The notes: generated from the sequence alone by a model not told the origin. A DNA stretch of 63,993 nt, filler included, from Octopus bimaculoides (GCF_001194135.2; 9 parts of 7 records of this genome joined end to end with filler, not necessarily neighbours in it); one strand, 5' to 3'; shown: positions 12,621-26,491, counted from the first letter of the whole stretch. Numbers and translations: made by a program.

Positions 12621-13472
12621 TTAAGTAAGCGACCTTTCCTGTTATACTAGAGATGAAAAAGAAAGTTTTATAAAAAAGGAAAGAACATTCAAGAAGCTAT
12701 ACGAATGTTGATATTCTAGAATAAAATTACAACTATGTAAAGTTGGCCTGTGGCTATGAGATGAAGAGAGTAGAAATGGAAATTCAAGGAATAAATACCA
12801 TAGAGGAATCTATTGACAGAACATATGGAAATGTAAACAAAGACTGTGTTTAAATAAAATAACGTTTGATGTCAAATATTTGAAGATGCTGGTAGGTCTT
12901 TAGGAGGAGCAGTGCGTTTTGACAGAGAAACAGAGGGCGGCGGGAGAGAGTGAGAGAGAGAGAGCAAGGAAGAAAGAGAGGGGGAAGACAAATGTATAGC
13001 AATAAAAAGTAGATATTCATAAGAATTTGTTGTCAGTGAAGAGAGCGAAATTGTAAGAGAAAAAGAGGGGAGATATGAAAGAAAAACAGACATAGTATGA
13101 GAGCGAGAGAGAGAGAGAGAGGGGGGGGGAGAAAGAGGGAGAGAGAAAGAGGGAGAGAGAAAGAGGGAGAGAGAAAGAAGGAGAGAGAAAGAGGGAGAGA
13201 GAAAGAAGGAGAGGGAGTACATGATAAATGAAAGAGAACGAGGAATGGGTAGAGAATAAAAACATAGAAAGTTTGAAGGAAGGCAGAAGTGGATGAACAA
13301 AAATTGTTACATAAAATTGAAAAGGGATGAGAATCCAAGAACCGAATGACAACGTTTGGAGATGTAAATAAAGATAGTGTTTTGGTGACAGATAGTTGTC
13401 AAACGTCCGATAACGCTGGCTAATTTTTATGCGGATCAGTAAATGTGTGTATGAGTGTGTGTGTGTGTGCGT

Positions 13473-13516
<44 letters not shown>

Positions 13517-13984
13517 CACAGACAGACATACAGACAGACAGAGACAGAGACAGAGCAAAGCAGACAGACAGAAAGAGAGCGTTCTTAAAAATGGGGTGAC
13601 CCTGATGAAAACGAAGAATGGTGAAAAAGGGTAGGAGATAAAGAAAGAAACATATATCGATAGAGAAAGAGAGCATATGATAAATGAAAGGGAATGAGGA
13701 ATAAGAAGAGACGTAAAAAATGAGGCCGTAGACGAAAGACAGACGGTTGTTGCATGAAAGTGGAAGGATGGGAGGAGAATCGGACGTACACGCGTAGACT
13801 TTAATATATTTAAGAGCATACCTTTTGATGTTAGTCAGATGAAGTGCCACTCTAATGTAATCAACCGCAAATATTGTGTAACTGTTCACTTCACATGAAA
13901 TAATTTACGTGCTATGACGTTGTACATGAACAATTTGTTATCTGATAATGAAGATGTACTAAAGTCATTCTTCGTTTTATTTGG

Positions 13985-14074
<90 letters not shown>

Positions 14075-14404
14075 CGCCCGTCCGCCTGTCTACCCGTCCG
14101 TCCGTCCGACTCAGTAAGTTCATCTGCCGAAACAGTGCATATCCATCATGCTTGCACCCCATGATTTCCATGTGCTCTGGCTCTCGAGTGATCACATGCT
14201 GTTTAACCCATAGCTAAGGCCTTGACAGCGTTACTACTTCCGAGTCAGAGTAGACCTCGAGACAACAGTGTCCAAAAAGTGATTTCACACTCCTCAAAAC
14301 ACTGGAACTCCCGAACCAGGGTCCCACTACTGGATGCAGTTTAAAGTCATACCCGTTTTTTTACATGCTCTAATGCATTAAAGCATGTAATATAGGACCA
14401 ATTT

Positions 14405-14481
14405 CGATTATAGAACTCAGCGTTTTTTTGAGACATTTTATGGAAAAAGAAATTGCGTCTTATATGTCGAGAAATACTGTA
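14405..14481 (+). mobile_element. Solo terminus of a pogo/Tc1-mariner-type DNA transposon
   Basis: TGCGTCTTATATGTCGAGAAATACTG followed by TA. The same terminal style occurs at 56690-56718 (ATAAACCGGCAAATACGG-TA). No partner TIR seen. Confidence 0.4.
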
Positions 14482-16305
14482 TTTTCAATGTAATTAAAAA
14501 CGAAAATTTGGATGAAAAATAATACCAATATCATTAGCTTTACTGTCGTGCAGCCATGGAACATAATCCAGGCAGTTATTTCACAGTTTTCTTTAACACC
14601 AAATTAATTAGAATTATTATTCGAGGTGATATTTTAAAGTTCAGTTTGAAAGGAATTAATATATTTTTAAATTTTTGAACAATTTGAATTAAAGAAGAAA
14701 ATTAGAATTTATTGAAAAATCTTGAGAATTAAAAAAACTGCAATAACAAAAAAATGTTTTAATGAGGAAGAAAAGTTAAACTTCGTTCTATTTTCTGTTT
14801 TTTTTTGTTTTTTCTTCTTCTGTTTATAAGCTTAGCCAAACAGAGAAAATCTCTCTTGTTCATAGCATCTCTATGGTGGTGGCTGAATGGAAATGATTTT
14901 TTTTTTGGCGATTGTTTGACGTCTGTGCTATGCTAAATAAATTGGAACTGTCAGCAGAAAGCATTGTGCTCATTTTCTGCTCGCACAACAAGGTAACTGT
15001 TAAATGAAAACAAACGGAAACGTTGGTTGAATCCCATCATAACAGCCATGTGATACATACATACATACATACGTACATACATACATACATATACATATAT
15101 ATATATATAAATTGGGAATATTAGATCGAACACAACCGTATGATCCCAAAACTCCACACTGTATTGTTATATTAACAATACATAATTATACAAATATNNN
15201 NNNNNNNNNNNNNNNNNNNNNNNNNNNNNNNNNNNNNNNNNNNNNNNNNNNNNNNNNNNNNNNNNNNNNNNNNNNNNNNNNNNNNNNNNNNNNNNNNNNN
15301 NNNNNNNNNNNNNNNNNNNNNNNNNNNNNNNNNNNNNNNNNNNNNNNNNNNNNNNNNNNNNNNNNNNNNNNNNNNNNNNNNNNNNNNNNNNNNNNNNNNN
15401 NNNNNNNNNNNNNNNNNNNNNNNNNNNNNNNNNNNNNNNNNNNNNNNNNNNNNNNNNNNNNNNNNNNNNNNNNNNNNNNNNNNNNNNNNNNNNNNNNNNN
15501 NNNNNNNNNNNNNNNNNNNNNNNNNNNNNNNNNNNNNNNNNNNNNNNNNNNNNNNNNNNNNNNNNNNATATGCATATATATATGCAATCTCTCTCTCTCT
15601 GTATATATAGTAAAATAAGGATTCAGAGAGAATTGGGTACTTGAAAAGATATGCACTAGGCAGGGCTGGATAAACCTGTGGTTCCAGCCTATGGTTGATA
15701 AATATCAAACAGGATATTCCGGTTGTGTACACAGAAAAAATCAAACCCTATGAGTATTTAGCGCCTAGGGGCTGGTCCAAAGAACGCTTTACGTTGATTG
15801 GACGTTGTTGGTATTTTCTAGGGTATGCGACAAGTCGTAAATCTCGTTGGTGTTTTATAATTAAATGAATAATAAAAGACGATGGATAATTGTCAGGTCA
15901 TTACAGCTGTTTCTTACGCATTTTTTAAAAGAAGAGTGAGAACATTACTTCATTACAAAAAACCGTAATCATCAGATGAAACATAATTTCACAAACAAAA
16001 GAATATCCCAAGAATACGGCAGGGACGTGACTGAAGTCCGTCGAGGCTAACTATGAACTAGACATTCAAAAAACTTGTTTGACATATTTTTAATTGAGGG
16101 GAGTAAGAAAATTTCTTTAGTCAATTGATATTTTATTTTATTTAGATTTTTAGTCGCATGACACGCTTTAGAATTTTTAGTCGATAGCATATNNNNNNNN
16201 NNNNNNNNNNNNNNNNNNNNNNNNNNNNNNNNNNNNNNNNNNNNNNNNNNNNNNNNNNNNNNNNNNNNNNNNNNNNNNNNNNNNNNNNNNNNNNNNNNNN
16301 NNNNN

Positions 16306-16348
<43 letters not shown>

Positions 16349-16712
16349 TCTGTCACACAGACATTACTTCATAAAATTCGTTTTGATATCACATTGTGTT
16401 GGAACAAATATTGTTATATACTGAATAATAATATTATTATTTAACCATTTAAATCATTGCAGTTTGTCAATGTTATTTCATTTTTTCCCCCCAAAACTTT
16501 TCGCTGCTCTATTTCTATGGCCTTCTCAAAGAGTTAAAATTTTGAATGATTTAGATTTTTCGATTGATTTTCGTACGTTATGTTTACATTTCGTTATGAC
16601 ATGTTACATCTCTGTGATAAACTGGCCAGGTGATTGATTACCTAGTATAATATTTATTATCGTATTTGCTTATTTTGCCTAATTTTTTCTCTGCCAATAT
16701 AGTGTGTGTGAG

Positions 16713-16769
<57 letters not shown>

Positions 16770-17266
16770 TATGTGTGTGCGTGCGTGTGTGCATGTCTAT
16801 GTGTGCGTATGGTGGTTGACTTCTGTTGGTTTTAGTCTCATTGTATCCATATTCTTGTATTACTGTGGTGATGAGTTGTAAGCAGGGAATGTTGTTATAC
16901 CATTGATTATTTATATTTAGTACGTACGTATGTAAATCATGCGGCTTTCACAGAAAGTTCCTCTTATGGACATGGCTATCAGTCAACTTAGTAATCAGTT
17001 ACAAAGAAATGTAACGTAAAGCATCCATGTAAGTGAAAATGCCCAAAATTTAAGCAATGAAATTATTTCATAAAGTGTATATAAAAACATAAAGTCGGAT
17101 TGCAATCTATTTTAATGTCGGGGTCTTATGGATGCCCAAAAAGAATTTTTTACTTCGTCGTATTTGATTCGATCCCTTGTGTTCCGTACAACCTGTTGAC
17201 GGAAGACTAGTGGTTGTTTCATTCCATAGAATTATCGCCAGCGTTCTGCAATAGAATCCCTTAAAT

Positions 17267-17320
17267 CAGTGGTTTTCAACTAGGGTCCATATGGCCCTTG
17301 GAAGTCCATATAAAGGTTTT
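17267..17320 (+). mobile_element. hAT MITE left end related to 4399-4720
   Basis: CAGTGGTTTTCAACTAGGGTCCATAT versus CAGTGGTTCTCAACCAGGGTCCATAT at 4399. Right end not found. Confidence 0.55.
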
Positions 17321-18060
17321 GTTGTTAGAATTTATGTGCGTTAAATTGCTTATACAATACACAAAAGACAATACACAAAATATTTTAATTTTTAAAAAAA
17401 TACAATTCCATCTTAGAAACGGACACGATTAGTAATTTGATCATGGGTTCCCTCCACATTGGCAACAGATAAGATGACCACAGCTGAAATGCCTTTGACC
17501 ATTAGTCTGTTCCATCAGGACTTTGGAGGCAAAACAACATCCACTGACTGCACATGCCAACAAGATAGCTTCTTCGCCGTTACTAGATCTGCTAGTGACC
17601 TTTAGATAAAGTACTGCTGCAGGTATACTTGCAAAAAAAAAAAGCAAAAAAAAAAAAACAGGCTGGATGTTCACGGCTGGAATCATGATCATCCAGTCTT
17701 TGTATTTTTCTTGTATTTTGCAAACAACCACTTACTGCATCTCGTCACCAATACCACCATTATAAAGCCATAGCCTACACTTTGCCATAAATAATTTCAA
17801 TTTATTTTAATGCAATAATAAATTGCATATTATCTTTGAGAGAATACAAATAATAATTATAGTTTATTTTTGGAAGATTGAAAATGTTAAATAACAGTTT
17901 TTGAAAGCTAAAAAAAATGATAAATAGAATATTTTTGAAAGATAGGAAATATCCTTTTATGTTCATATTATTGCTATTTTGATTTGTGTGTCTCTATACA
18001 ATCCAGACTGCATGCGATGATGACTGATGATATTTAGCTTCAGATTACTACAACTCCAAA

Positions 18061-18280
18061 AGACTTATGACTAAAGACATTCCAGCCGTGATCATCCCGT
18101 CTTTTTCTTCAGTTAGTGTGCATCCAGTACTACATTATGCAAAGTTACTTTTTTTTGAGAATGCAAGGTGTAATTTGAGGGAGATTTGACTGTTATTTCT
18201 AGCAGATTTTGTAATCGTTTAGAAGCTATCCGCTGCATGGAACAGACACATGATCAAAGGTATTCCAACCGTGGCCACCG
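18061..18280 (+). repeat. Family D copy
   Basis: GACATTCCAGCCGTGATCATCCC...TTTGAGGGAGATTTGACTGTTATTTCTAGCAG...TGATCAAAGGTATTCCAACCGTGGCC. Confidence 0.65.
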
Positions 18281-18771
18281 CGTCTGTTTAAAGTTCATCT
18301 TTCAACTTCTCTACACCATGATATGAAATGTAAGATTTCTTTCTACGCTGATGACGGTAGCTCGCTTTATCAAATGTTTATTTGCTTCCATTACTGGCTG
18401 CATATTGTGATGAACTACATCTACCAACGTTATGATGAATCTCCGAGAGAGATGATAGACGGGTAGTAGGTGAGATAGAGAGAGAGTGGAATACAGTCGG
18501 TGGAAGCGCATAAAGACGGTAGGAGAGCTGCGGTGCGGTTGATGGCTCGGGCGCGGTGGAGTGCCGGGTCGACAACTGATGAAAGATAGCCTCGATTCAG
18601 AAAAAAATTGTGGCATCGTTTTGTAACGGGATTCGAATCGACGCCCTCTCCTATAACTTCTATTTCATGTTAGCAGCCTTTATTATCCTGCGTCCATTAT
18701 CAGTTGCAGCCAGTGTTTCAAGCTGAGAGAATGTAAACTTCATTTGTCTTTCTTCAACGTCTCTTTTTCTT

Positions 18772-18809
18772 TAGCCCCTGACGAAGGATTAAATCCGAAA
18801 CGTTAGCTA
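18772..18809 (+). ncRNA. Degenerate minimal type I hammerhead ribozyme motif
   Basis: TAGCCC-CTGACGA-A-GGAT(TAA)ATCC-GAAAC-GTT-AGCTA. Core boxes intact, 4-bp stem II, palindromic ACGT stem III, imperfect stem I. Confidence 0.45.
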
Positions 18810-19873
18810 TTCCACTCCTCACGGCAAGTTCACTGTACCCCTTTCACTTTCTTCTATATTTTTTCAAGTCTTGCCGACGCAGAGCCACACAAGATTCCTT
18901 GTAGTTTGCCTGATTATATATATATNNNNNNNNNNNNNNNNNNNNNNNNNNNNNNNNNNNNNNNNNNNNNNNNNNNNNNNNNNNNNNNNNNNNNNNNNNN
19001 NNNNNNNNNNNNNNNNNNNNNNNNNNNNNNNNNNNNNNNNNNNNNNNNNNNNNNNNNNNNNNNNNNNNNNNNNNNNNNNNNNNNNNNNNNNNNNNNNNNN
19101 NNNNNNNNNNNNNNNNNNNNNNNNNNNNNNNNNNNNNNNNNNNNNNNNNNNNNNNNNNNNNNNNNNNNNNNNNNNNNNNNNNNNNNNNNNNNNNNNNNNN
19201 NNNNNNNNNNNNNNNNNNNNNNNNNNNNNNNNNNNNNNNNNNNNNNNNNNNNNNNNNNNNNNNNNNNNNNNNNNNNNNNNNNNNNNNNNNNNNNNNNNNN
19301 NNNNNNNNNNNNNNNNNNNNNNNNNNNNNNNNNNNNNNNNNNNNNNNNNNNNNACCACCACGACCACCACACCACGCCACGCCGTTGTCCATAAGTGTTC
19401 AATGACTCGATGGCTCTACCACCACCACCACCACCACCAAAACCACCACCACCACTAAAACTCTCACTAATATAGCCACTACAGTAACCCCTACATCATC
19501 ACACACACACACACCCATACACAAACACACGCACGCACGCGCACACACACACACCACCGCTCTGCGCAAGTGTTAATAGACAGGACACTTGACAAACGTC
19601 ACATCGCCAGTATAAATAGCTTCTCAATAGAGGATGATAATAGCCAGTTTAGCTGACCAAACAGTAAGGTCACTTCAACGTGCACTCACTCATTACAATA
19701 GCCCTCAACCGAGTCTGAACACTCGGACTTATTGGATAACTATCTTTAAAAAAAAAACAATAAAAACAACAAACCAAACGAATGAGGATCAACACCATAA
19801 ACACCATCACCATCGTTATTATCAACAGCTGGTTACAAAACTTCATCATCATCATCATCATCANNNNNNNNNN

Positions 19874-19914
<41 letters not shown>

Positions 19915-20296
19915 TACACAGTTGCGTTATCTTTCTTTGGATTAGCTTCAGCCACGTTACTGGCGCTGTGGACATTTTTATTTCTATTTCTTCTTTCTTT
20001 CTTTCTTTCTTTCTTTTTTCTTTCTTTTTTTCTTTCTTTTTTTCTTGTCGGAGTTATGAAAAGAAGGATTACCTGGCAATTGCGAGTGAGAGAGTTTGAC
20101 GTCCGTTTGGAGTAAAACGGACGTTTGGACAATGCCATTGTAAATAGAGTAATCGTCAAATGTACAAGCACTACACATCTATACCACCATCTTCAAAAAA
20201 CCATCACCATCGCCACACCACCACCACCACTAACAACAACAACAACAACAACAACAACACTACGACCAACACCAACGTTACCATCACTTTTATCAT

Positions 20297-20346
<50 letters not shown>

Positions 20347-20511
20347 GCAGCAACAGTGACAAAACTACATGGACAGCATTAAATGCACTCACAGTTCACC
20401 CCTGCTTCAAGAAATATCAAATATTTTTTTTTTTTTAAATGTGAAAATTATCACTTAGCAACATATCAACAGAAACAACATCGGATTCTACAACACCTGC
20501 TCGGCATCACT

Positions 20512-20552
<41 letters not shown>

Positions 20553-20843
20553 CCTCCTCATCATCATCAACAACAACAACAACAATAATAATAACAACAA
20601 TATCAACTGCAACGGAAGTAGATGCCACCACAGCTATAACAGTACCAATCACAAGAATAATATCAACCTCCAACAACAGTCATTATCACCGTGTGTAAAA
20701 ACATATTTATCAGCAAGAACATATTTTCCACCAACATCAACGACAAACTCACCGGTATCAGAGTGAGAGACTAAAACAACGGCAATATCAAACAGCAGTG
20801 ACCGAAATGAAATTGCTACAGACCAACGACAGAGTTTCTACAC

Positions 20844-21000
20844 GGTCACTCGACCGACCTTCTAGAAATAGCAGCGAAATCTCCATCAAGTGACTCCTGA
20901 CCGTCTGGAAAAAAGAAAGTGGACGTAGTTTTATATGCATACCATCTTAAAGGGGGCGAAAAGGGACAGGATGATGCTGGTTAGAATACTCTTGATCTAA
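20844..21000 (-). repeat. Family D copy
   Basis: Plus strand GGTCACTCGACCGACCTTCTAGAAATAGCAGCGAAATCTCCATCAA is close to the reverse complement of the module at 10679-10723. Confidence 0.6.
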
Positions 21001-21853
21001 AGCCTGTTCGGTTGAAATAACTTTTGGCTGCTATCAAATAACAAGATCAACTTCATCATCGGCATCGTCATCATCATCATCATCAGCAAAAACAACTTCA
21101 ACATTATCTGCAACAGTAATCATACCAGTCAGAAGACGCGCGAAACAATGGGGAAAACTATTGGTTTCACTCCTTATGTTCAATGAATACTAAATTACAT
21201 GTGTGTAGCAAGTTTATTTTATTCTTTTTTACGTTTGTTTTGTGCACCTGTGTTTCGTTTACGAGGATTTTCTGAGGATTTATAATGAACTTAATGCCAA
21301 ACCGATTCCAATTTTTGTCTGATTCTGCCAAGGTAAACAGCTTAATTTTGATTGTAATTATTTTACGTTTATTGAATTTTGCAATCTCCGTCTCCTTCTC
21401 TTTCTCTATCTCCCTCTCTCTTGATCTGTTTATCGTTCTGTTAAGCAAATAGTGTGAAAATAAATTTTTATTATTAATTCATCATTTTTGAAAAAAAAAA
21501 AAAACAGAGATGTAACTTTAACATTCCTTGACGAGTCATAGAAGTGATAAAAGTTCACCTAACCTGGATCCTCGAAGCTATCTGCTCCACTTACAATACT
21601 TCTGTTTTCTAATGCTACGTTTCAATCAGAATTGTTCTGAAAACGACGTGCCTAATTGCATTGATGAATATAACTGCAACTACCTATTTACAGTGCCTAT
21701 ATATTTTCGAGAGAACTAGCTTTTACTCGAGTAGACAGGCATGTCATTATCACTTGCAATATTAAGAAGACAAATATTATATTGTTGATGTTAAATATCA
21801 CTTATGGAGACCAATTTCCTGAATATAATGTCATCTCATAAGTAATGTCGAAA

Positions 21854-22660
21854 TATTGGGTCAGAAGACAAGGTTTCTAAATTTCCTTTTCCATTCAAAT
21901 TCGTTCACGATTACAATTATTATCATGACTTCCTTCCATCGATCGATCAGCTTCTTGACAACATTTGTGTAAAATTCTTTTGATTTGGTTAAAAAGAATG
22001 CAGAGAGAGTAGTTTCCACTTTTTCGTGTGTTTTAAGAACAAATCCATCAATACGATTTTGTAAACCTCGAAGTATGTATCAATTACATGAAGCAAGGTC
22101 TGGTAAATGAGGAGGGTGTGTAATTTTTCCCCCAGCGGAGGTTTTTCAATCTTTTCGTACGTGATCTTTATTGTATGGATTATGAATTATCATGAAAGAA
22201 CATAACTCCGATGTGATTCATTAAAGCAGGCTTTTCCCCTTCAAAGCATTTGTTTAAACATTGTTACTACCGGCAGAAATGTCTGTTGTAACGCAAAGTG
22301 GAACACGCCTGTACAGTCCCAACAAACACTGCCCAATACTTTTCTTAGATGAAGGTCTCTTTTGGATTGTTCGTCTTCAATAAACCATTTTCTGCATTGC
22401 TTAACATTCTTATAAACTATCTTCTTTTCATCACCAGTCGCTTATCTATTTAAAATTGGTTGATATGCATTCACGTCAGTGTAGAGAAGTGCATCATTTA
22501 ATATGGAACCACCCTTCTTTCGACAGTTTCTTTCGCTTAAGCAATACTTTCTATAAGCACCATGAATATCTCGGATTACTCCTGCTGCATTATTTCTTTT
22601 TCTGAACTCCTAAAGCATGATATGTCTTCAATACACTGTGGACAGTCCTTACTTAAGAAG
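21854..22660 (-). mobile_element. mariner (DD34D, Mos1/Hsmar-like) element, internally deleted pseudogene
   Basis: Minus strand reads HIML*EFRKRNNAAGVIRDIHGAY..LSERNCRK (HTH), LNR*ATGDEKKIVYKN, LHLRKVLGSVCWD..GVFHF, HPPHLPDLASCN (YSPDL motif) and FFLTKSKEFYTN...LIDRW. TIR-like GACCCAATA end at about 21854. Many stops and frameshifts. Confidence 0.85.
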
Positions 22661-23217
22661 GACAAAACAGTTTCTGAATTGTCTAATACATATTGCAACA
22701 ACATAAATTATTGCTTGATAACTACACAAGGTTACGGTAATATGTACTGTTGTTATATAGGTTTTTTAAAATAATAACAAAGTTATCCAAAGCTATCNNN
22801 NNNNNNNNNNNNNNNNNNNNNNNNNNNNNNNNNNNNNNNNNNNNNNNNNNNNNNNNNNNNNNNNNNNNNNNNNNNNNNNNNNNNNNNNNNNNNNNNNNNN
22901 NNNNNNNNNNNNNNNNNNNNNNNNNNNNNNNNNNNNNNNNNNNNNNNNNNNNNNNNNNNNNNNNNNNNNNNNNNNNNNNNNNNNNNNNNNNNNNNNNNNN
23001 NNNNNNNNNNNNNNNNNNNNNNNNNNNNNNNNNNNNNNNNNNNNNNNNNNNNNNNNNNNNNNNNNNNNNNNNNNNNNNNNNNNNNNNNNNNNNNNNNNNN
23101 NNNNNNNNNNNNNNNNNNNNNNNNNNNNNNNNNNNNNNNNNNNNNNNNNNNNNNNNNNNNNNNNNNNNNNNNNNNNNNNNNNNNNNNNNNNNNNNNNNNN
23201 NNNNNNNNNNNNNNNNA

Positions 23218-23360
23218 TTAGATCGACTCCAGTACGCAACTGGTACCTAATTTATCGACCCCGAAATGACGAAAGACAAAGTCGACCTCGACGGAATTTG
23301 AGCTCAGAACATAAAGACAGACGAAATACCACTAAGCACTTCGCCCGGTGTGCTAACGTT
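23218..23360 (-). mobile_element. tRNA-derived SINE, family B (first of tandem pair)
   Basis: CTGGTACCTAATTTATCGACCCCGAAATGACGAAAGACAAAGTCGACCTCGACGGAATTTGAGCTCAGAAC; B box GAGCTCAAATTCC on the minus strand. Confidence 0.8.
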
Positions 23361-23363
23361 TAT

Positions 23364-23588
23364 TATTTCTTTATTGCCCACAAGGGGCTAAACATAGAGG
23401 GGACAAACAAGGACAGACAAAGGGATTAAGTCGATTACATCGACCCCAGTGCGTAACTGGTACTTATTTAATCGACCCTGAAAGGCTAAGTCGACCTCGG
23501 CAGAATTTGAACTCAGAACGTAGCGGCAGACGAAATACCGCTAAGCATTTCGCCCGGCTTCCTAACGTTTCTGCCAGCTCGCCGCCTT
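23364..23588 (-). mobile_element. tRNA-derived SINE, family B, near full length
   Basis: Minus strand head AAGGCGGCGAGCTGGCAGAAACGTTAGG...GAGTTCAAATTCTGCCGAGGTCGACTT; tail ends GTGGGCAATAAAGAAATAA. Confidence 0.85.
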
Positions 23589-23799
23589 AGACCCATAATA
23601 TATTGGCAGAGTTATTTTCTAAAACAGATGGAGGTTTATATGCGCACTATACATCTTTTCCTCTCGTGAAGCACTAAGGAAAACTCTTAGGAAATGACTA
23701 ATAATTTATGTTATTCACAAGTTGGTGACAGTTGAAGGATCATCAACGTATGTGACGCTAACAATTACAACAAAAGGAGGTGTTACGCGTTTCTTCGAT

Positions 23800-23980
23800 T
23801 AGCTAGAAACAGTAGCCAAATCTCCATCAAATCTCAAAACATATCGTAATGTCTTAAAAAATGGAGTTACTCATAGGATAATATCGCTCTGGACTTACAA
23901 AAAGGAGGGATGGTCACGGAAGGTATTCTGCCTGATCTTGTGTTGACTTCATCGGGGCTGACCTAAGTTTAAACAACAAC
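23800..23980 (-). repeat. Family D copy
   Basis: GCTAGAAACAGTAGCCAAATCTCCATCAAA...GGGATGGTCACGGAAGGTATTC...CTGACCTAAGTTTAAACAAC. Confidence 0.6.
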
Positions 23981-24777
23981 CACAACATCAATACCAACAG
24001 TGGTATAATAGTGAATATATGATATTATACTTTCACAACAGTAAATAAAGAAAGGAAGAAAGAAGAATGGTTTTCTATTACAAACTGCTTCCTGTAAGCA
24101 ACACCCGGCTTCTAAAATACTTAACACTATATTCTACTTGTCACTTCTACTTAAATATTTTAAAACATTCTTTTACATCATAGCACCCCCAACTCACCCC
24201 CAATCACCTACCACTGCATTCTCAACGTCCATCTTAAGAAGATAATAGAAAAAGAATAAAAAAAAAGAACAACAAAAGACGTCTCTGTCATTTCTTAGTC
24301 AACAGTTTCACCAATTGTCAATAACTTTCTCACCACTATTCCTCAACGCTCTTTTTTGTTTTTTTCAATTAACGAACACGATTACGTCTGGCCTTACGTA
24401 ACACACTGACCCACAAGCTGATCTACACAATGCTTTGTTCTATGCACAATAACACGGAAGCCGTGCGTAATGTAGATAAGTGTGCACGTTTCTGTGTGTA
24501 ATTATATAATGAGTTGAGGGGAGGTTTGTTCGTTTTCTTTTTGTTTTTGTTTTTAACATCGCATATGTACTCGTATACACAGACAAACATATATAAATGT
24601 GTTTGAATGCTTGTGTACCTATAGCATACGTTCAGTTGGAACATTTAATATACATGCGTTTTGCGCTCGCGCGCATCTGTGTGTATGTGGGGTATTTGAA
24701 TGCGTAAGTTAAACAATAATGATTTTAAGTGTGTGTGTGTGTGTGTGTGTGTGTAAATATATACACGTATGTAAGTA

Positions 24778-24844
<67 letters not shown>

Positions 24845-24987
24845 ATATNNNNNNNNNNNNNNNNNNNNNNNNNNNNNNNNNNNNNNNNNNNNNNNNNNNN
24901 NNNNNNNNNNNNNNNNNNNNNNNNNNNNNNNNNNNNNNNNNNNNNNNNNNNNNNNNNNNNNNNNNNNNNNNNNNNNNNNNNNNNNNN

Positions 24988-25020
<33 letters not shown>

Positions 25021-26491
25021 GCATACATACATGTATGTGGAAGAGCTAATCAAAGCTGACCTGGTGCGAAACAACATCAAGAATAACAACACCTACACAT
25101 TTCTGGACATTACGATCATTTTCAGTACAACAGAAAACAACAATCACACTCCCAACACCAGCATCATCACCACGACCAACACCACAGGATATCAGAAACC
25201 TCTCACTCCTTGCCAATAGCATCTCATTGTTCCCATCTCCAGCCCCACGAACATTTCACTGCCATCACCTTCCCTTGCTCCAAAAGACTCATCACCATCA
25301 CCGACGCCATTACAATCATGTAACAAAGACGCTCATTATTGAAGACCTTATGAAATTTTGAAAGGAAGCCTTGTTCGTAATTCGTCTGCAATTTTCCCAT
25401 GCTTGCTGTCCTCTCCCTTACACGCTGACAACTGCTTTGCACGATAAACACTTTGGTGCCAACTGTTGAAGATCCTGCTAGCGTTTGGTCCTTCTCGTCA
25501 CTATATCTAAATTAACATCTGCCGCTAGATGATTGAAAGCTTAATCAAAACCCCATTCTATTTTTATTCAATGATTCATATTTTCTGCATAATCCAAACC
25601 AGACTAGACTTAAACGTTAAGAAACAGAGACATAATAAATATTAGATTTTCTCAGAGCTAGGCACTAAGATTTTATAAACTAGGGTTGGGAAAATGAGAA
25701 TAATCCAATTCACATTGTTCCCAAGAGTATTAATTGCATAAGTAAAAATTATTTACATCCTCTAACTTGGTATTGATATTTTTGTAAGAATCTCAACTCG
25801 CTGGTTTATACCTCTCCTAATATTTATACCAGTGACGCAGAATATATATTTCCTTTCAAGTCAACAAGGGCGTGACAATGCAGCTGATTGACCTGCTAGA
25901 AATATCAGCCATAACTTTATAAAATTGTGGTATTCATGTCTTTACTCCGGGTAATTTTGTGACAGCTGTGAAATAAAATGACTCGTAAAAACCTCATCAC
26001 TAGTTAAGCTTTCAGTGAACTAAATCACTTTATCATAAGCATAAAACCAAACATTTATAGGAGAGTGGGGCGGAAAAACTGAGACTGCGTGACATTTATA
26101 CTTTTCACAAGCTGGATAACATGAATTAAGATTCCAAACTAGTTCACCCAGAGCTTACTTTGATTTACAGCTGTGACCATAAATTAGAAGCAAGCCTGCT
26201 ATAGAACAGAAGTAAGCTTACGATCACTCTAAAATGCATAGACATAGACTGTCGCCTAGTTTTTACGTCACTACCCGACCTTTAATTTCCCTTTAATGGA
26301 GTCCACTCTGTTACATGCATTCGGATTATTTCTCTGCTCTATGAAAAAGTCATAAGCTGTGGTTTCATTCTTACTTTCCTCATCAGTTTCAAAAGCCGTG
26401 CAAAATGGTCGTGAGCGCTATCCTGCCTCTTCTGACAGAACTATAATAAAATAAGCATTTTCAGTTGTGATACTTTGACATCATCGTTCTA

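Noticed and set aside
15930-15990. Minus-strand CTGATGA-TTAC..GTAA-TGAAG hammerhead-like string
   Set aside because: No GAAA box and no stem I or stem III.
20099-20124. Perfect 10-bp hairpin ACGTCCGTTT / AAACGGACGT
   Set aside because: No CTRR end, T-tract or second copy. Could be chance in 64 kb.
25224-25451. 75-aa minus-strand ORF with an AGCATGG start context
   Set aside because: No domain, signal peptide or splice support.
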